From: a virus
Taxonomy: Duplodnaviria; Caudoviricetes
Virus record (IMG/VR): IMGVR_UViG_3300021399_000102
Location: 32,001-96,000 of that record
Length of the DNA: 64,000 nt
Direction: 5' to 3' (one strand)
Part shown: piece by piece, positions 37,006 to 46,566 of the stretch
Numbering within the stretch: the first letter of the stretch is position 1
Layout: each line of letters starts with the position of its first letter
Program-made: the position numbers and the translations under genes
The notes under the pieces: generated by a model
The model's database searches: none
Told to the model about the DNA's origin: nothing
What the model saw: the letters and a program-made list of their open reading frames with translations, nothing else

Positions 37006-37434
37006 TCAGTAGGACCAATGTCCAGGAGTCCAAATCCGTGTGGGGACTCCATTCACGTATGTGGTTGTGTACATCCCAGGGATCCACACCCTCTGAGGAT
37101 AGGTTGACACTACAGGAGTTGCCACAACTGGGCTTGTCACCACTGGAGCAACAACTGGAGCAACAACTGGCGGTGGAGCAGCAACAACCACTGGAGCAGG
37201 AGCAATTGCGCCCCCAACTACGCCACCCACAACCCCACCGACGAAGCCGGGCCAGAAGTGAGAACCCCCACGCCCCCAAACGCCGTGATGATGGTGATGG
37301 ATAGGACCGTGATGCATAATAGGTGGCGGTCTATGTCCTCCACCAAATCCCCCATGTGGTCCCCCATGCGGTCTTGCGAATACGCTGCATACGCACATTG
37401 CGATAGCAACTACGATTGTCAGTTTCTTGGTCAT
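37006..37434 (-). CDS. Secreted His/Pro/Val-rich protein
   Basis: Signal peptide MTKKLTIVVAIAMCVCSVFA; HHHHH; PVV repeats; W(I/T)PG repeats; GGAGGT RBS; both promoter types upstream. Confidence 0.75.
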   Translation of the reverse strand: MTKKLTIVVAIAMCVCSVFARPHGGPHGGFGGGHRPPPIMHHGPIHHHHHGVWGRGGSHFWPGFVGGVVGGVVGGAIAPAPVVVAAPPPVVAPVVAPVVTSPVVATPVVSTYPQRVWIPGMYTTTYVNGVPTRIWTPGHWSY

Positions 37435-37505
37435 TTCAGTACCTCCATTTACTTTGTTTGTTTGTTTATTTGGTATTTACAAGTGTCTTGTATCCCACTA
37501 ATGAC

Positions 37506-37535
37506 ATTATATCACAGTTGAACACCGAATGTCAA
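37506..37535 (-). promoter_or_regulatory. Sigma70-like promoter
   Basis: TTGACA-18 nt-TATAAT with TG extension; shares AAAGGGGTATTGACATTC with the promoter at 13603-13620. Confidence 0.75.
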
Positions 37536-37542
37536 TACCCCT

Positions 37543-37899
37543 TTATGTGGATGAGTTTCTTGGCTTGAAACCTGACTTGATGTAGGGAGTGAACCTGTTG
37601 TGCGTCTTTGGCACTATCTTCAGGAGCAACTTGTACATCAATTCTGGTTTGTCTGCCAACCCCTCCAATATAGTAAGGTGGCCGAGTATCAAATTCCTTA
37701 CAAAAATATTTGAGTTCAGAGACAGATATCTGAGAATCATGTAGGACGAGAACACCGATGGGAACAATTCGTTCTTGATGTGGTATTCGTATAGGGCATC
37801 GTCCTTGTCAACGAGAATGTTGCCAAGAATCATGAATATGTCCAAACTTGGCTTTGTCTCGTCTGAACCTTTCTTGGCTTTCTTGTAGTTAAATGCCAT
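37543..37899 (-). CDS. Clamp-loader small subunit (T4 gp62-like)
   Basis: FSSYMILRYLSL...MYKLLLKIVPK...FTPYIK pattern; about 118 aa. Confidence 0.6.
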   Translation of the reverse strand: MAFNYKKAKKGSDETKPSLDIFMILGNILVDKDDALYEYHIKNELFPSVFSSYMILRYLSLNSNIFVRNLILGHLTILEGLADKPELMYKLLLKIVPKTHNRFTPYIKSGFKPRNSST

Positions 37900-38941
37900 T
37901 GTACCCACCCCTCGTCAATCTCTCGCAAGTCGCTTCATATTCCTTCTCGTCCATATTCAACCTCTTCAACAGTTCGGACTTCGACTTTGCTGCCTCTGAT
38001 ATGTAGGTTGTCAATCGCTTTCTGGATTCAGATGGGATGTCTGTTATTATGGTTGAACACTTGTTGAACACCTTCTTGAACAGATAGAGGAAAATTTGCT
38101 TGTTATCATAGGACTTTTCGTTCTGCTCCACAATGGACAATAGGTATCCCATCATTTGCTTGGCTTTGTCTTTCTCTATGTTATCAATGGCATTTCCCTT
38201 GAATCCCTTGATTGTGTTGTAGAGGTCTTGGTTTGCCTTTGTCCTCAACCTTTCCATTCTTTCCGACCCAGTTTCGCTACCTTCTCCATCTGAGGGGGAA
38301 TGATAGTCGGGGGCAATTGATTCTGGCGTAAGCACTTCCTCCAACGTGGTTGTGTTTCCAGGGTCATTCACCACCAAGGGGGAGCTTAAGGAAGTATGGT
38401 TCTCCATTGCGCCCTTCTCCTGATTGGGCTTCCTCACCCTGTTCAACATCCACCAGGTTGCGAATGTGATGAACTTGTTTCCGCGTTTGGGGTCGAACTT
38501 CTCTGCGGCTATCACCAACCCCTCGTTCGCCATCTGCTTGAAATCGTCCAAGTCATACCATTTGGTTGGAGAGTCTTTCATGTACCTCTTGAAATAGACC
38601 TCAGCAAGATTCTCGCCCGCCTTGGTGTTGTGCAGAACGAGCAATTTGTTCAACTCCGGACGATTGTCCTTGAACAACTCAATCATGCGGAGTTCTGACG
38701 CCTTGTCCAAGGGTATTAGATTCGTCTTGAAGAAGAGCTTCCACTCATCGTCCGTGAAATCCTCTCCGGTCTCTTGTTTCCCAATCTTCTCTGCAAACGC
38801 CTTTACTGCCTTCTTGACTTCCTTGAGATACTTGTCTCTATATCCCTTCGTTGCCCTATTCACATTGACATATGAAACCTTTGCTGGCACAACCTTGCGC
38901 TTCTTCTTGGTCTTCTTTGATGTATTGGCATTCTCTTCCAT
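37889..38941 (-). CDS. Phage-encoded sigma70-family RNA polymerase sigma factor
   Basis: Region-2 motif DDFKQMANEGLVIAAEKFDPKRGNKFITFATWWM; SLSSPL...TLEEVL region-3-like segment; own promoter 38966-38995. Confidence 0.8.
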   Translation of the reverse strand: MEENANTSKKTKKKRKVVPAKVSYVNVNRATKGYRDKYLKEVKKAVKAFAEKIGKQETGEDFTDDEWKLFFKTNLIPLDKASELRMIELFKDNRPELNKLLVLHNTKAGENLAEVYFKRYMKDSPTKWYDLDDFKQMANEGLVIAAEKFDPKRGNKFITFATWWMLNRVRKPNQEKGAMENHTSLSSPLVVNDPGNTTTLEEVLTPESIAPDYHSPSDGEGSETGSERMERLRTKANQDLYNTIKGFKGNAIDNIEKDKAKQMMGYLLSIVEQNEKSYDNKQIFLYLFKKVFNKCSTIITDIPSESRKRLTTYISEAAKSKSELLKRLNMDEKEYEATCERLTRGGYNGI

Positions 38942-38976
38942 AGATATGTTCCTTCTTCCCAATATATTGTACCACA

Positions 38977-39792
38977 TCAGGCGTTGTTTGGTAAACCGTA
39001 GTTCCTCCAGAGGGTCTCGGTCTTCGTCTTGGGTCTTCTATTCCCATCTATGGTATTCACGTTGAAGAGAACCTTGGTGAAGCCATTTGCCTCAAGTCTG
39101 TTGTAGATGGGATTGTCGTAGCCAGATATCAGAATCTTGGATTTGGATTCCAAGCACTTGTCGATGAACCGTTCATGGAAAGCATCGTCTTGGTCTATGT
39201 CATATCTGGTTGCGCCACGGGTAGACCATACATAGGGTGGATCGCAATAGAGGAAGCAATTGGATTGGTTGTACTTGTCCATCAATTCCAATGCGTCCCT
39301 ATTGAATATGACAAGGTGCTTGAGACGTTCGTGAAGTTCTGGCATTCTGTCAACCGAGGAAAGGAAATCTGACACCGACTTTGCCATGTTCCTTCTGACG
39401 AGAGAGTTTGTGGCGAATCCCCCTATGCCATTGATTGAGAGCCGATTGCAAATGAAATACCAATATGCTCTGTCAAGTTCTGACAAGTTTGTGTCCTTCA
39501 ACTTCTCCCTTGCGTCATATCTCATGTCCTCGGAGTATGGCGTGAGTTCAACAAGTTTGAGGAATTGTGGAAATAGGGTTTCGTCCCTCAGAATCTTGTA
39601 TAGGCAATAGACGTTCTTGTTGAGATCGTTGAATATCTCTATTGGTGGGATGTAGGGCATGTGTAGACCAATGGTGTAGGAGCCAGAGAACAATTCTGCG
39701 TAGATGTCATAACTTCCTTGCTCAGGAAATTGAGCAATGATATTCTTGAACATTAATGATTTCCCACCAAAGTATTTAATAGGTGCATTCAT
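38977..39792 (-). CDS. DNA adenine methyltransferase (Dam/D12 class)
   Basis: PIKYFGGK, ELFSGS, NDLN, YCDPPY, ISGY, ETLWRNY. Confidence 0.9.
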   Translation of the reverse strand: MNAPIKYFGGKSLMFKNIIAQFPEQGSYDIYAELFSGSYTIGLHMPYIPPIEIFNDLNKNVYCLYKILRDETLFPQFLKLVELTPYSEDMRYDAREKLKDTNLSELDRAYWYFICNRLSINGIGGFATNSLVRRNMAKSVSDFLSSVDRMPELHERLKHLVIFNRDALELMDKYNQSNCFLYCDPPYVWSTRGATRYDIDQDDAFHERFIDKCLESKSKILISGYDNPIYNRLEANGFTKVLFNVNTIDGNRRPKTKTETLWRNYGLPNNA

Positions 39793-39862
39793 GCGCATAT
39801 TATACAATAAACAAGGTTGGTCCGTAAAGAACCAACCTCTATGTTTATGTTGTTGAAAGCAA

Positions 39863-40315
39863 TTAGCTTGGCATGTTCCAAGTGATGTTGTCAGAGAATG
39901 ATGTATCAGCAATTGAAGTAATTATCATCTGCTTGACATTTTCAGCATTTCCACCATTTGCTGTGATCGTTACGCTTGTAAAATAGTTGCAATACTATAA
40001 CGCACCTTCCTCGATGCTCGTCACGCTGTCCGGTATCGTCAAACGCTCAAGGTCGCTTTCTTGGAACGCATCAGCTCCGATGCTCGTCACTGTGTTTCCA
40101 ATGTCGGCTTGGGTTATTGTCTTTAGCCATATGAAGTTATCTACATCATAATACCCATTATCAACCATCCATTGCCGGTCAAGTGTACCTGTTATGTCGT
40201 GAGTTTCAACGGTTCCATCTTGAAGAGTGAATCTTGTTTCTGGATGTCCAGAACTTCCACCACCTGTTCCAATGACGATGTTTCCACCATTAAGTCTATT
40301 TATGTGTATTGCCAT
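39863..40315 (-). CDS. BspA-type leucine-rich-repeat protein A (150 aa, 1 TAG at 39995)
   Basis: IGNTVTSIGADAF, TIPDSVTSIEEGAL; continues through TAG to TAA; GTAAATA 40357-40363. Confidence 0.8.
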
Positions 40316-40430
40316 TTTGCTTTACCTCGTTGTTATCATATGCTTGTGCATATACATATTTACATAAAATCAGAACGGTTGCCCATTTCTGAGCAACCAT
40401 TCTTCCCGCTTTGAGGTAAAAGTGAGGTGA

Positions 40431-40706
40431 TTAGCGGGCAACAACCGTGACCGTACCCGAGGCGTAGCGGCGACCAACCTTGACGCGCTTCGCCGTGCCA
40501 AGGTACGCAATGACCGCAGAACCGGCAATCTTGCCACGACCATTCATGCCAGGACGGCGCGTAAGCGCGGTGCCCTTGGAGAGTCCGAGGATGGAGCGAA
40601 CCTCGTCCTTCGTGTACTGAGCGCTCGGCTTCACAAGCGTAGCCTTCGTGCTGATGGTCTTCGTCGTCTTCTTCGTGGTCTTCTGAACCTTCGTGTTCTT
40701 CTTCAT
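40431..40706 (-). CDS. Small basic probable DNA-binding protein
   Basis: Lys/Thr-rich N-terminus; YTKDEVRSILGLS helix-turn-helix-like segment; hairpin terminator 40372-40403. Confidence 0.65.
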   Translation of the reverse strand: MKKNTKVQKTTKKTTKTISTKATLVKPSAQYTKDEVRSILGLSKGTALTRRPGMNGRGKIAGSAVIAYLGTAKRVKVGRRYASGTVTVVAR

Positions 40707-41086
40707 TTTGTTTCTTCTTTCTTTTTACTCGGACTTCCCAACCATTGGGCTGTCCAAATTGTTCTTCGTTGATAACATATCATACAACTTGCTTCGCAGA
40801 ATGTTAAGTGCTTTTCCGAACTTTCTCAACTTTTTCTGTCCTTCGCTTCGTTGCATACATTTGCCTCAACAACATAGTATACGTCAAATTCCCATAACTA
40901 TAAAGATCATTGTGTCTCTTTCATCCAATCTCGTTGATCCTGCTTGTGGAAATTGCCCACCATTCCTCCGGGTAGGGTCCAGACACAATCGTGAACTTCT
41001 CGTGGGTTTCGTCCTCCCACCTCACTACGTACCATTGGTCTGAAATCTGAATCGTTCCCATTTTCAGTTATTCCCTTATGTTGTGC

Positions 41087-41422
41087 TCAATCGCAATCGC
41101 AATCGCATTCCATTTCATAGCAATCAATTTCTGGCTCCAACATTGCGGCGCGTTCCCTTGCTTTCGCTTCCATCTCCAATCTTCTCAGTTTGCGATAGTA
41201 TTCAAGGTTTACCCACTTTGGATTGTTCTTTGCCCACTCTCTACGGCGAACTGACGTTCTGATGTCAGAATATTCAACGATGCCCTTAAGCCGTGTTTCG
41301 CAAATGAATCGTCTTGTCAAATTGGAAACATCAGAATCAATGACAACATTGACAAGGGTCTCCACCGGCATCTTGAACCACTTGGAATATCCTCTAATGA
41401 ACTTTACGTTGAACGTAGCCAT
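41087..41422 (-). CDS. Hypothetical early protein
   Basis: AGGAG RBS; promoter TTGACT-17-TATTAT at 41453-41481. Confidence 0.75.
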   Translation of the reverse strand: MATFNVKFIRGYSKWFKMPVETLVNVVIDSDVSNLTRRFICETRLKGIVEYSDIRTSVRRREWAKNNPKWVNLEYYRKLRRLEMEAKARERAAMLEPEIDCYEMECDCDCD

Positions 41423-41525
41423 TTCGCTTCTCCTTTTTCACTCAACACCAATATAATAGCATAAGTCCGATGGAAAGTCAATGGGGTTTCTAAAGAGATA
41501 ACAAGGTTGTATCAAGTATGTTTGC

Positions 41526-41828
41526 TTACTTGGATTTCCAACTCAAAATGCACTCTTCCGCCCAATATTCCACAGTTATGACGCTCCCATTATCCATAAC
41601 CGAGTAGTCGAAGCAACCATTCTGCTCCAATAATACCTTTGCCTTGGAAACGTCCATCTTCTGGTACCAAGGAATATCAAAAGTGTAGAGGAACTTTCCC
41701 CTTCGTGCTTGCTTCAATGCTTCTTGCTCGTCCTTCCAAACTAGATATTTCTGAAGGGACTTGTCTCGGTAGAACTTGATGCCATCTACCTCTGCCACTA
41801 CGAATCTTTTCTTGATGAAGTCAAACAT
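41526..41828 (-). CDS. Hypothetical early protein
   Basis: AGGAG RBS; promoter TTGACA-18-TATAAT at 41863-41892. Confidence 0.75.
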   Translation of the reverse strand: MFDFIKKRFVVAEVDGIKFYRDKSLQKYLVWKDEQEALKQARRGKFLYTFDIPWYQKMDVSKAKVLLEQNGCFDYSVMDNGSVITVEYWAEECILSWKSK

Positions 41829-41916
41829 TTGCTTGTTTCTCCTTTTTGTCCATTACCCCTATATTATAGCACAACACTCCCTCTGTTGTCAAGGGGGTTT
41901 CTAAAGAAACAATGTA

Positions 41917-42741
41917 TTATTTGGTTCCGGATGAGCCAAATCCACCACCTCGGTCGCTTCCCTTGGTGATGTCGTCATAGACGCAATTGAGGCATTCGCT
42001 CAACTTGAGGTTTATCACTGGGACAATCAACCCTTGGGTAATCTTCATCCCGGGTTCAATCTTCACTGACCCGACATTGTGGTTGAAGAAGCAGAAGATG
42101 ATTTCATCCCTATATTCAGAATCAATCAAACATGCGCTATGGTCAAGTTTGAGTTTGGTGGCAACGCCAGACTTGTTCACCATCATCATAGCAAGTCCCG
42201 GTGGGATAATGGTCTTGATGCCAGATGGGATGGCGACATGTGCGTTTGGACTTACTTCAAGAACATTCCCATCAAACTTCAATCCATCAAATGTAGTCCC
42301 ATCCGGGTTGGGGGCTTCCATGTTCTTGGAATACTTCTTCACAGTATCCTTGAAGTCGTCGTTCCATGCCTTTGCGTCAGGGACAAAGAAGTCGATTCCT
42401 GCGTCGGTTGGATGCGCCTTGGCTGGCTTATTCACCTCTCTGATTCTCGTGAATATCAGGGGTTGGTTTGTGTGGCAATGGCATTTCTCCTTTTCACTTT
42501 CTTGTTCCATCATTTTTTCAATCTCCTTTTCCAAATGTGATTCCGGGAACGTGACCTTTGGCATTGGCACATTCTCGTTCTCTGCTTCCTCCATGTCCTT
42601 CTTCGCGCTTTCCTTGGACTTCTCCTAAAGACTGGTCATTATGTGGTCGATGGTTTCCTCTGTGGTGTTCTCGTCAGAAGCCGCTTCAGCAAGTTTCCCA
42701 ATCAAGTCCACAATGTTCTTCTCTCGTTCGTTCAGTTCCAT
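41917..42741 (-). CDS. dut: Trimeric dUTPase with acidic N-terminal extension (1 TAG at 42625)
   Basis: AGIDF, KSGVA, IDSEYRDEI, KITQG, RGGGFGSSG; upstream ATG 42741 in frame across the TAG. Confidence 0.9.
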
Positions 42742-42744
42742 GAT

Positions 42745-43068
42745 TCAGTTTCCTTTGTTGTTTCTCTCCACCGTACCGTCATTCAACAGCAATCCAAGGT
42801 ACTTTTCGGGATTCAGTGCGACAACCCTAATGTTCTCCCCATAGACAAACTCAATGAATTCAGCATCCAAGTTTGACATCTCTTCATCCTTGTCGTCTCC
42901 AATCAACACCCCATGGAATGTATCTGCGCAAACAACCTTGTCCAAGTCGATTATCTGCCTTCTATCCGAAACCAACTTGTACTTTGGTGGCAATGGCTTG
43001 TCCGATGTCGGCCCAAACCTTATTGGATAAGGTACTTTCTCCAAGTACGGAACTTCTATGAAACGCAT
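42745..43068 (-). CDS. Hypothetical protein
   Basis: 107 aa from MRFIEVPY; AAGGA RBS; TATAAT upstream. Confidence 0.65.
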   Translation of the reverse strand: MRFIEVPYLEKVPYPIRFGPTSDKPLPPKYKLVSDRRQIIDLDKVVCADTFHGVLIGDDKDEEMSNLDAEFIEFVYGENIRVVALNPEKYLGLLLNDGTVERNNKGN

Positions 43069-43100
43069 GACTTTCCTTTCAATATATATCTCAATTATAC

Positions 43101-43135
43101 AAAAGAAACCACCAAAGTTGATTGGTGGTTCTTTT
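43101..43135 (-). terminator. Intrinsic terminator downstream of LRR gene B
   Basis: AACCACCAA/TTGGTGGTT stem flanked by A/T tracts. Confidence 0.7.
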
Positions 43136-43157
43136 GATGTTATATGGGAAGTATCTG

Positions 43158-43724
43158 TTATGCTACGTTGATGATGCTTGTGTTGGAAATATCCCATGGG
43201 TAGTTGTCCATCTCTTGAACTTCTTCAAGAGTCTTTCCAAGGAATGTCACGCTCGTAAGTCCGGTGCAGGCCTCGAACGCAGACTCCCCGATGCTCGTCA
43301 CGCCGTTCGGTATCGTCACGCTCGTAAGCCCGCTGCAACCAGAAAACGCAAAATCCCCAATGCTCGTCACGCTGTTGCCTATCGTCACGCTCGTAAGTTT
43401 GTCGCAGTCACAGAACGCCAAAGACCCAATGCTCGTTACGCTATCGGGGATTATCACGCTCGTAAGTCCGGTGCAGGCCTTGAACGCAGAATCCCCGATG
43501 CTCGTGACATCTGAACCGATTTCAAGCGCAACGACATTATAGATATTTGGAATCTATGCTGTTGCACTTCCATCATCATCACTGATTGCTCCAGTTATGC
43601 TGACCGTTCTCCATTCAGTGTCGCCAGCATACTTGTACCAAGTGTCGGCATGAGTTGTTGGAGCAGAACCACTTGAACCAACCGTAATGTTTCCACCATT
43701 TAGTCTGTTTATTTGTATTGCCAT
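43158..43724 (-). CDS. BspA-type LRR protein B (188 aa, 1 TAG at 43554)
   Basis: MAIQINRLNGGNITVG start; TSIG..AF..C..LTSVTIP repeats; GTAAATA 43757-43763. Confidence 0.85.
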
Positions 43725-43755
43725 TTCTTTTCACCTCATTTTGTTTGTTGTGTTG

Positions 43756-44391
43756 TTATTTACACTTTCTTGTTTCTTCAATCTGCTGGCGTTCCATTTC
43801 CGCCATGCAGAATTGAAAGCTTCTTGGTGTCATTGCCATCCACGGCATCATTGAACCAACATTGAGAGAGTTCAGTGGATAGTTCTCGTTCTATGACTTG
43901 TACAACTCAGATTGGCACAACTTGAACGAGTCGTATTCCCAGGAGTTGTGTACATGACCATAGAACATTGGGTTGCCCTTGTATCGGCCATTCCAAGTGT
44001 AGAAGGGATAATGCGTCAGAACCAACCGAACGCCATCCCCAATGTTCTGCTCCTTGTAGTTCTTGATTTCCACGAACTAGTTTCTGAAATCGTTGTCGTA
44101 GAGGAACTGATAGTCGTGGTTTCCCAATATCAAGTGCTTCTGACCCTTCAAGTTCTTCAGGATGTTCACCGTGGTCTTTGTGTCGTAGCAAGACACGTCA
44201 CCTAGGATGAACACATGGTCAGTAGGCTGCACTATGGCATTCCAGTTCTTTGACATCCTGTTGTCGTAATCTTTCGGCCCATTCAACTTGTAGTGGGAGA
44301 ACGTCAGATTGTATGCTGACCTCCGAATGGGATTGGTGTCCGTTTGGTAGCCAAAGTGTATGTCAGATATGTAGAAATAGTTTGTCGTCAC
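43756..44391 (-). CDS. Calcineurin-like metallophosphoesterase (2 TAG)
   Basis: SDIHFG, LGD, GNHD, HYP, GHVH, NVG; TAG at 44077 and 43891; GTG start after AGGAG; GTAAATA 44432-44438. Confidence 0.85.
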
Positions 44392-44441
44392 GAGGCAATG
44401 CTCCTTTCGGCATTTGATGCCGTTGTGGAAGTATTTACAAT

Positions 44442-44549
44442 TCAGAGACCCAATTTGTCCAATAGCCAACCGGTAAGACTTGGCAGTGCAGACAGGAACA
44501 TAAGCAGGTCAAATATGTAGAGGACACCTATTACGCCGAGCCATGTCAT
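44442..44549 (-). CDS. 35-aa hydrophobic membrane peptide
   Basis: MTWLGVIGVLYIFDLLMFLSALPSLTGWLLDKLGL; ATGA coupling to the upstream gene. Confidence 0.5.
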   Translation of the reverse strand: MTWLGVIGVLYIFDLLMFLSALPSLTGWLLDKLGL

Positions 44550-45154
44550 GATTTGCTTTCTCCCTTGTCGTTCTTTTCATATGTCTTTGTGAAGAAGGGA
44601 TTGAGATAGAGTGATTTGGCTATGTAGCATTTGCGCTTCACCAATCCAAGGAACTTCTTGACAATGTGGGTCTGGATGTTTGCTTGAGGATAGCAAGTGG
44701 CAATCAACTCAAAGCAATAGAGTTTGCCCCGGTCAGTCTTGTAGTCGAAGTCGTATGGCATCCCAATCTTGCCTATGGCAGTGGCAATTGCAATCATCTG
44801 ACCATCCTTGGGGCGAAGAACCATAATCCTGTCAGCTTGGCAAAAGTCTAGCATGTGGCATTTCTCAACGTAAGGGGAAACTGCATGCACCATTTGGTTC
44901 TTCCCAATGTATAGGCCAGCGTGGGAATAGCCTTTTTCGTCGGGGATGAACTTGCCATCTAGATACTTGTTGTAGCCACGAAGCAACACGTCACCCGGTT
45001 CAAGTATCTTCATCAAATGCTCCAAGTCATACCCAGTAATGTACAATGGATCAGGGTCATATGCCAAAATAGGCAGGAAGCCGAAGGACAGAACCTTCAG
45101 CTTTCCGAATTGGGTCAAGAACTCTGACCAAATCTTATATAGTAAACTCTTCAT
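44546..45154 (-). CDS. Permuted papain-like NlpC/P60 (YiiX/YebB-like) enzyme
   Basis: PGDVLL, YSHAGLY, IGMPYDFD, LYCFELI (His before Cys); GTAAATA 45164-45170. Confidence 0.85.
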   Translation of the reverse strand: MKSLLYKIWSEFLTQFGKLKVLSFGFLPILAYDPDPLYITGYDLEHLMKILEPGDVLLRGYNKYLDGKFIPDEKGYSHAGLYIGKNQMVHAVSPYVEKCHMLDFCQADRIMVLRPKDGQMIAIATAIGKIGMPYDFDYKTDRGKLYCFELIATCYPQANIQTHIVKKFLGLVKRKCYIAKSLYLNPFFTKTYEKNDKGESKS

Positions 45155-45166
45155 ATTGAAGAGTAT

Positions 45167-45400
45167 TTACAATCCAGACCAGCGATCTTCCCTTGAAGTA
45201 AGGCCAGCAGAAACAACTGCAACCACAAGCAAGAGGGCTATTGCCCCAAGTGCCAATCCAACAGGAATCCAAAGGGGAGCTGTCACCCACCACCAAGACC
45301 AATTGATGACGTGGGTCAGTTTAAGCACAAGAAATGTCAAGAACAAGAGATTGCAAAAGCTTGTTCCACCTACTGTTACGGACGGCTTTGTGTTTATCAT
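45167..45400 (-). CDS. Small two-TM phage membrane protein
   Basis: LTFLVLKLTHVINWSWWWVTAPLW motif. Confidence 0.7.
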   Translation of the reverse strand: MINTKPSVTVGGTSFCNLLFLTFLVLKLTHVINWSWWWVTAPLWIPVGLALGAIALLLVVAVVSAGLTSREDRWSGL

Positions 45401-45449
45401 ATATGTATCTCCATTTGAGGGTTCACATTTTATTATACATAGATTTGCT

Positions 45450-46430
45450 TCAGAGACCCTTGATGTAGTCAATCCATTGCTCGAATGTCTGCTTCTCCAT
45501 ATCCATTCCTGCCTTTATCTTGTTGGCGCGTACTTGGTTGGATATGGATAGCTTGAACGCCTTGTCAATCTTGTCAAACCTCTCCTTGTAGGTCTCGTAG
45601 AACTTCTTGAACCTCTTTTCTGTCGCAATCCTATATGTCTGATTGTCTTGCTTGAGCCATGCGTCTGTGTTCATGAGATAGTAGGTGTCGAACATCTGGG
45701 TGCAAATCAAGATGTCTGCATTCCCATCCTTCTTCCTTTCAATCAATTGATCCACCAATGCACTGATGGAGTCGATGTAGTTGTTGTAGGTCTTCTGCAT
45801 GTAGAGGGGGTCGTGTCTGCATACAGACTCGTCACGCCACTTCCACAGGTAGATTGGCACATCAGAATACTTGATGGAGTTTGGATCGTCAGCAAGCGTG
45901 GTTGCCATGTAGTTGAAGTAGGAATCCTCGTGAACAGTCAAAGATGGATTGAACCGGATGTTCTTGTCAATCAGATACTGACGTTTGTGGAACTTGCCAT
46001 GTACGAATGTCCTGTCCTTCTTGTGCTCTGTGAACCAGACCTTGCCATCCCGATGGACTTCCTCGTAGAACTTTGTGGTGAGGGAGTTGAAACCCTTGTC
46101 CATTTCTGCAAAGATGATGTTAAGACCCACCATCGAGAAGAACATGTCGTCAGCATCGCAGAACATAACATAGTCAGCAGTAGCATGGTCAAGGCATGCG
46201 TTCCTGGTGGCAGAAACCCCCTTGTTCTCCTTCTCCATGTAGTAGTCAATCTTGAATGGATACGACTTCAAGAACTTGTCCGGGAGCTTTGCCTTTGGAT
46301 AGCCGTCATTCACTATGATGACCCCAACCTCGTTGAAGTCAATGCCTTGTTGAAGGGCTATTGAATCGAGAAGAGGTTTCAATACGTCCTTCTTCTCCTT
46401 GTATTGTGGTACCAGAATCTGCAGTTTCAT
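45450..46430 (-). CDS. Family 2 glycosyltransferase
   Basis: ILVPQY, IIVNDG, GVSATRN, FCDADD, HGK, HEDSYF. Confidence 0.9.
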   Translation of the reverse strand: MKLQILVPQYKEKKDVLKPLLDSIALQQGIDFNEVGVIIVNDGYPKAKLPDKFLKSYPFKIDYYMEKENKGVSATRNACLDHATADYVMFCDADDMFFSMVGLNIIFAEMDKGFNSLTTKFYEEVHRDGKVWFTEHKKDRTFVHGKFHKRQYLIDKNIRFNPSLTVHEDSYFNYMATTLADDPNSIKYSDVPIYLWKWRDESVCRHDPLYMQKTYNNYIDSISALVDQLIERKKDGNADILICTQMFDTYYLMNTDAWLKQDNQTYRIATEKRFKKFYETYKERFDKIDKAFKLSISNQVRANKIKAGMDMEKQTFEQWIDYIKGL

Positions 46431-46506
46431 TTTGGGTTGTTTCCTTCCATATGTCAATTATACAATGTTTGCTGTGTATATTTACATGTGGGGTTGCAAA
46501 AAACAA

Positions 46507-46528
46507 ACCACACGGAAATCCGTGTGGT
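46507..46528 (-). terminator. Intrinsic terminator
   Basis: ACCACACGGA-AA-TCCGTGTGGT with flanking A/T tracts. Confidence 0.75.
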
Positions 46529-46566
46529 CGTTTTAGATGTGGTTTGTTGCTATCAAACCATTCTCA

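Noticed and set aside
38977-39792. Restriction-modification system
   Set aside because: No adjacent endonuclease; appears to be an orphan methylase
40830-41061. Possible small minus-strand gene (MGTIQISDQW...)
   Set aside because: Only 46 codons before TGA, and coding-like sequence continues in other frames; probably degraded and not supportable
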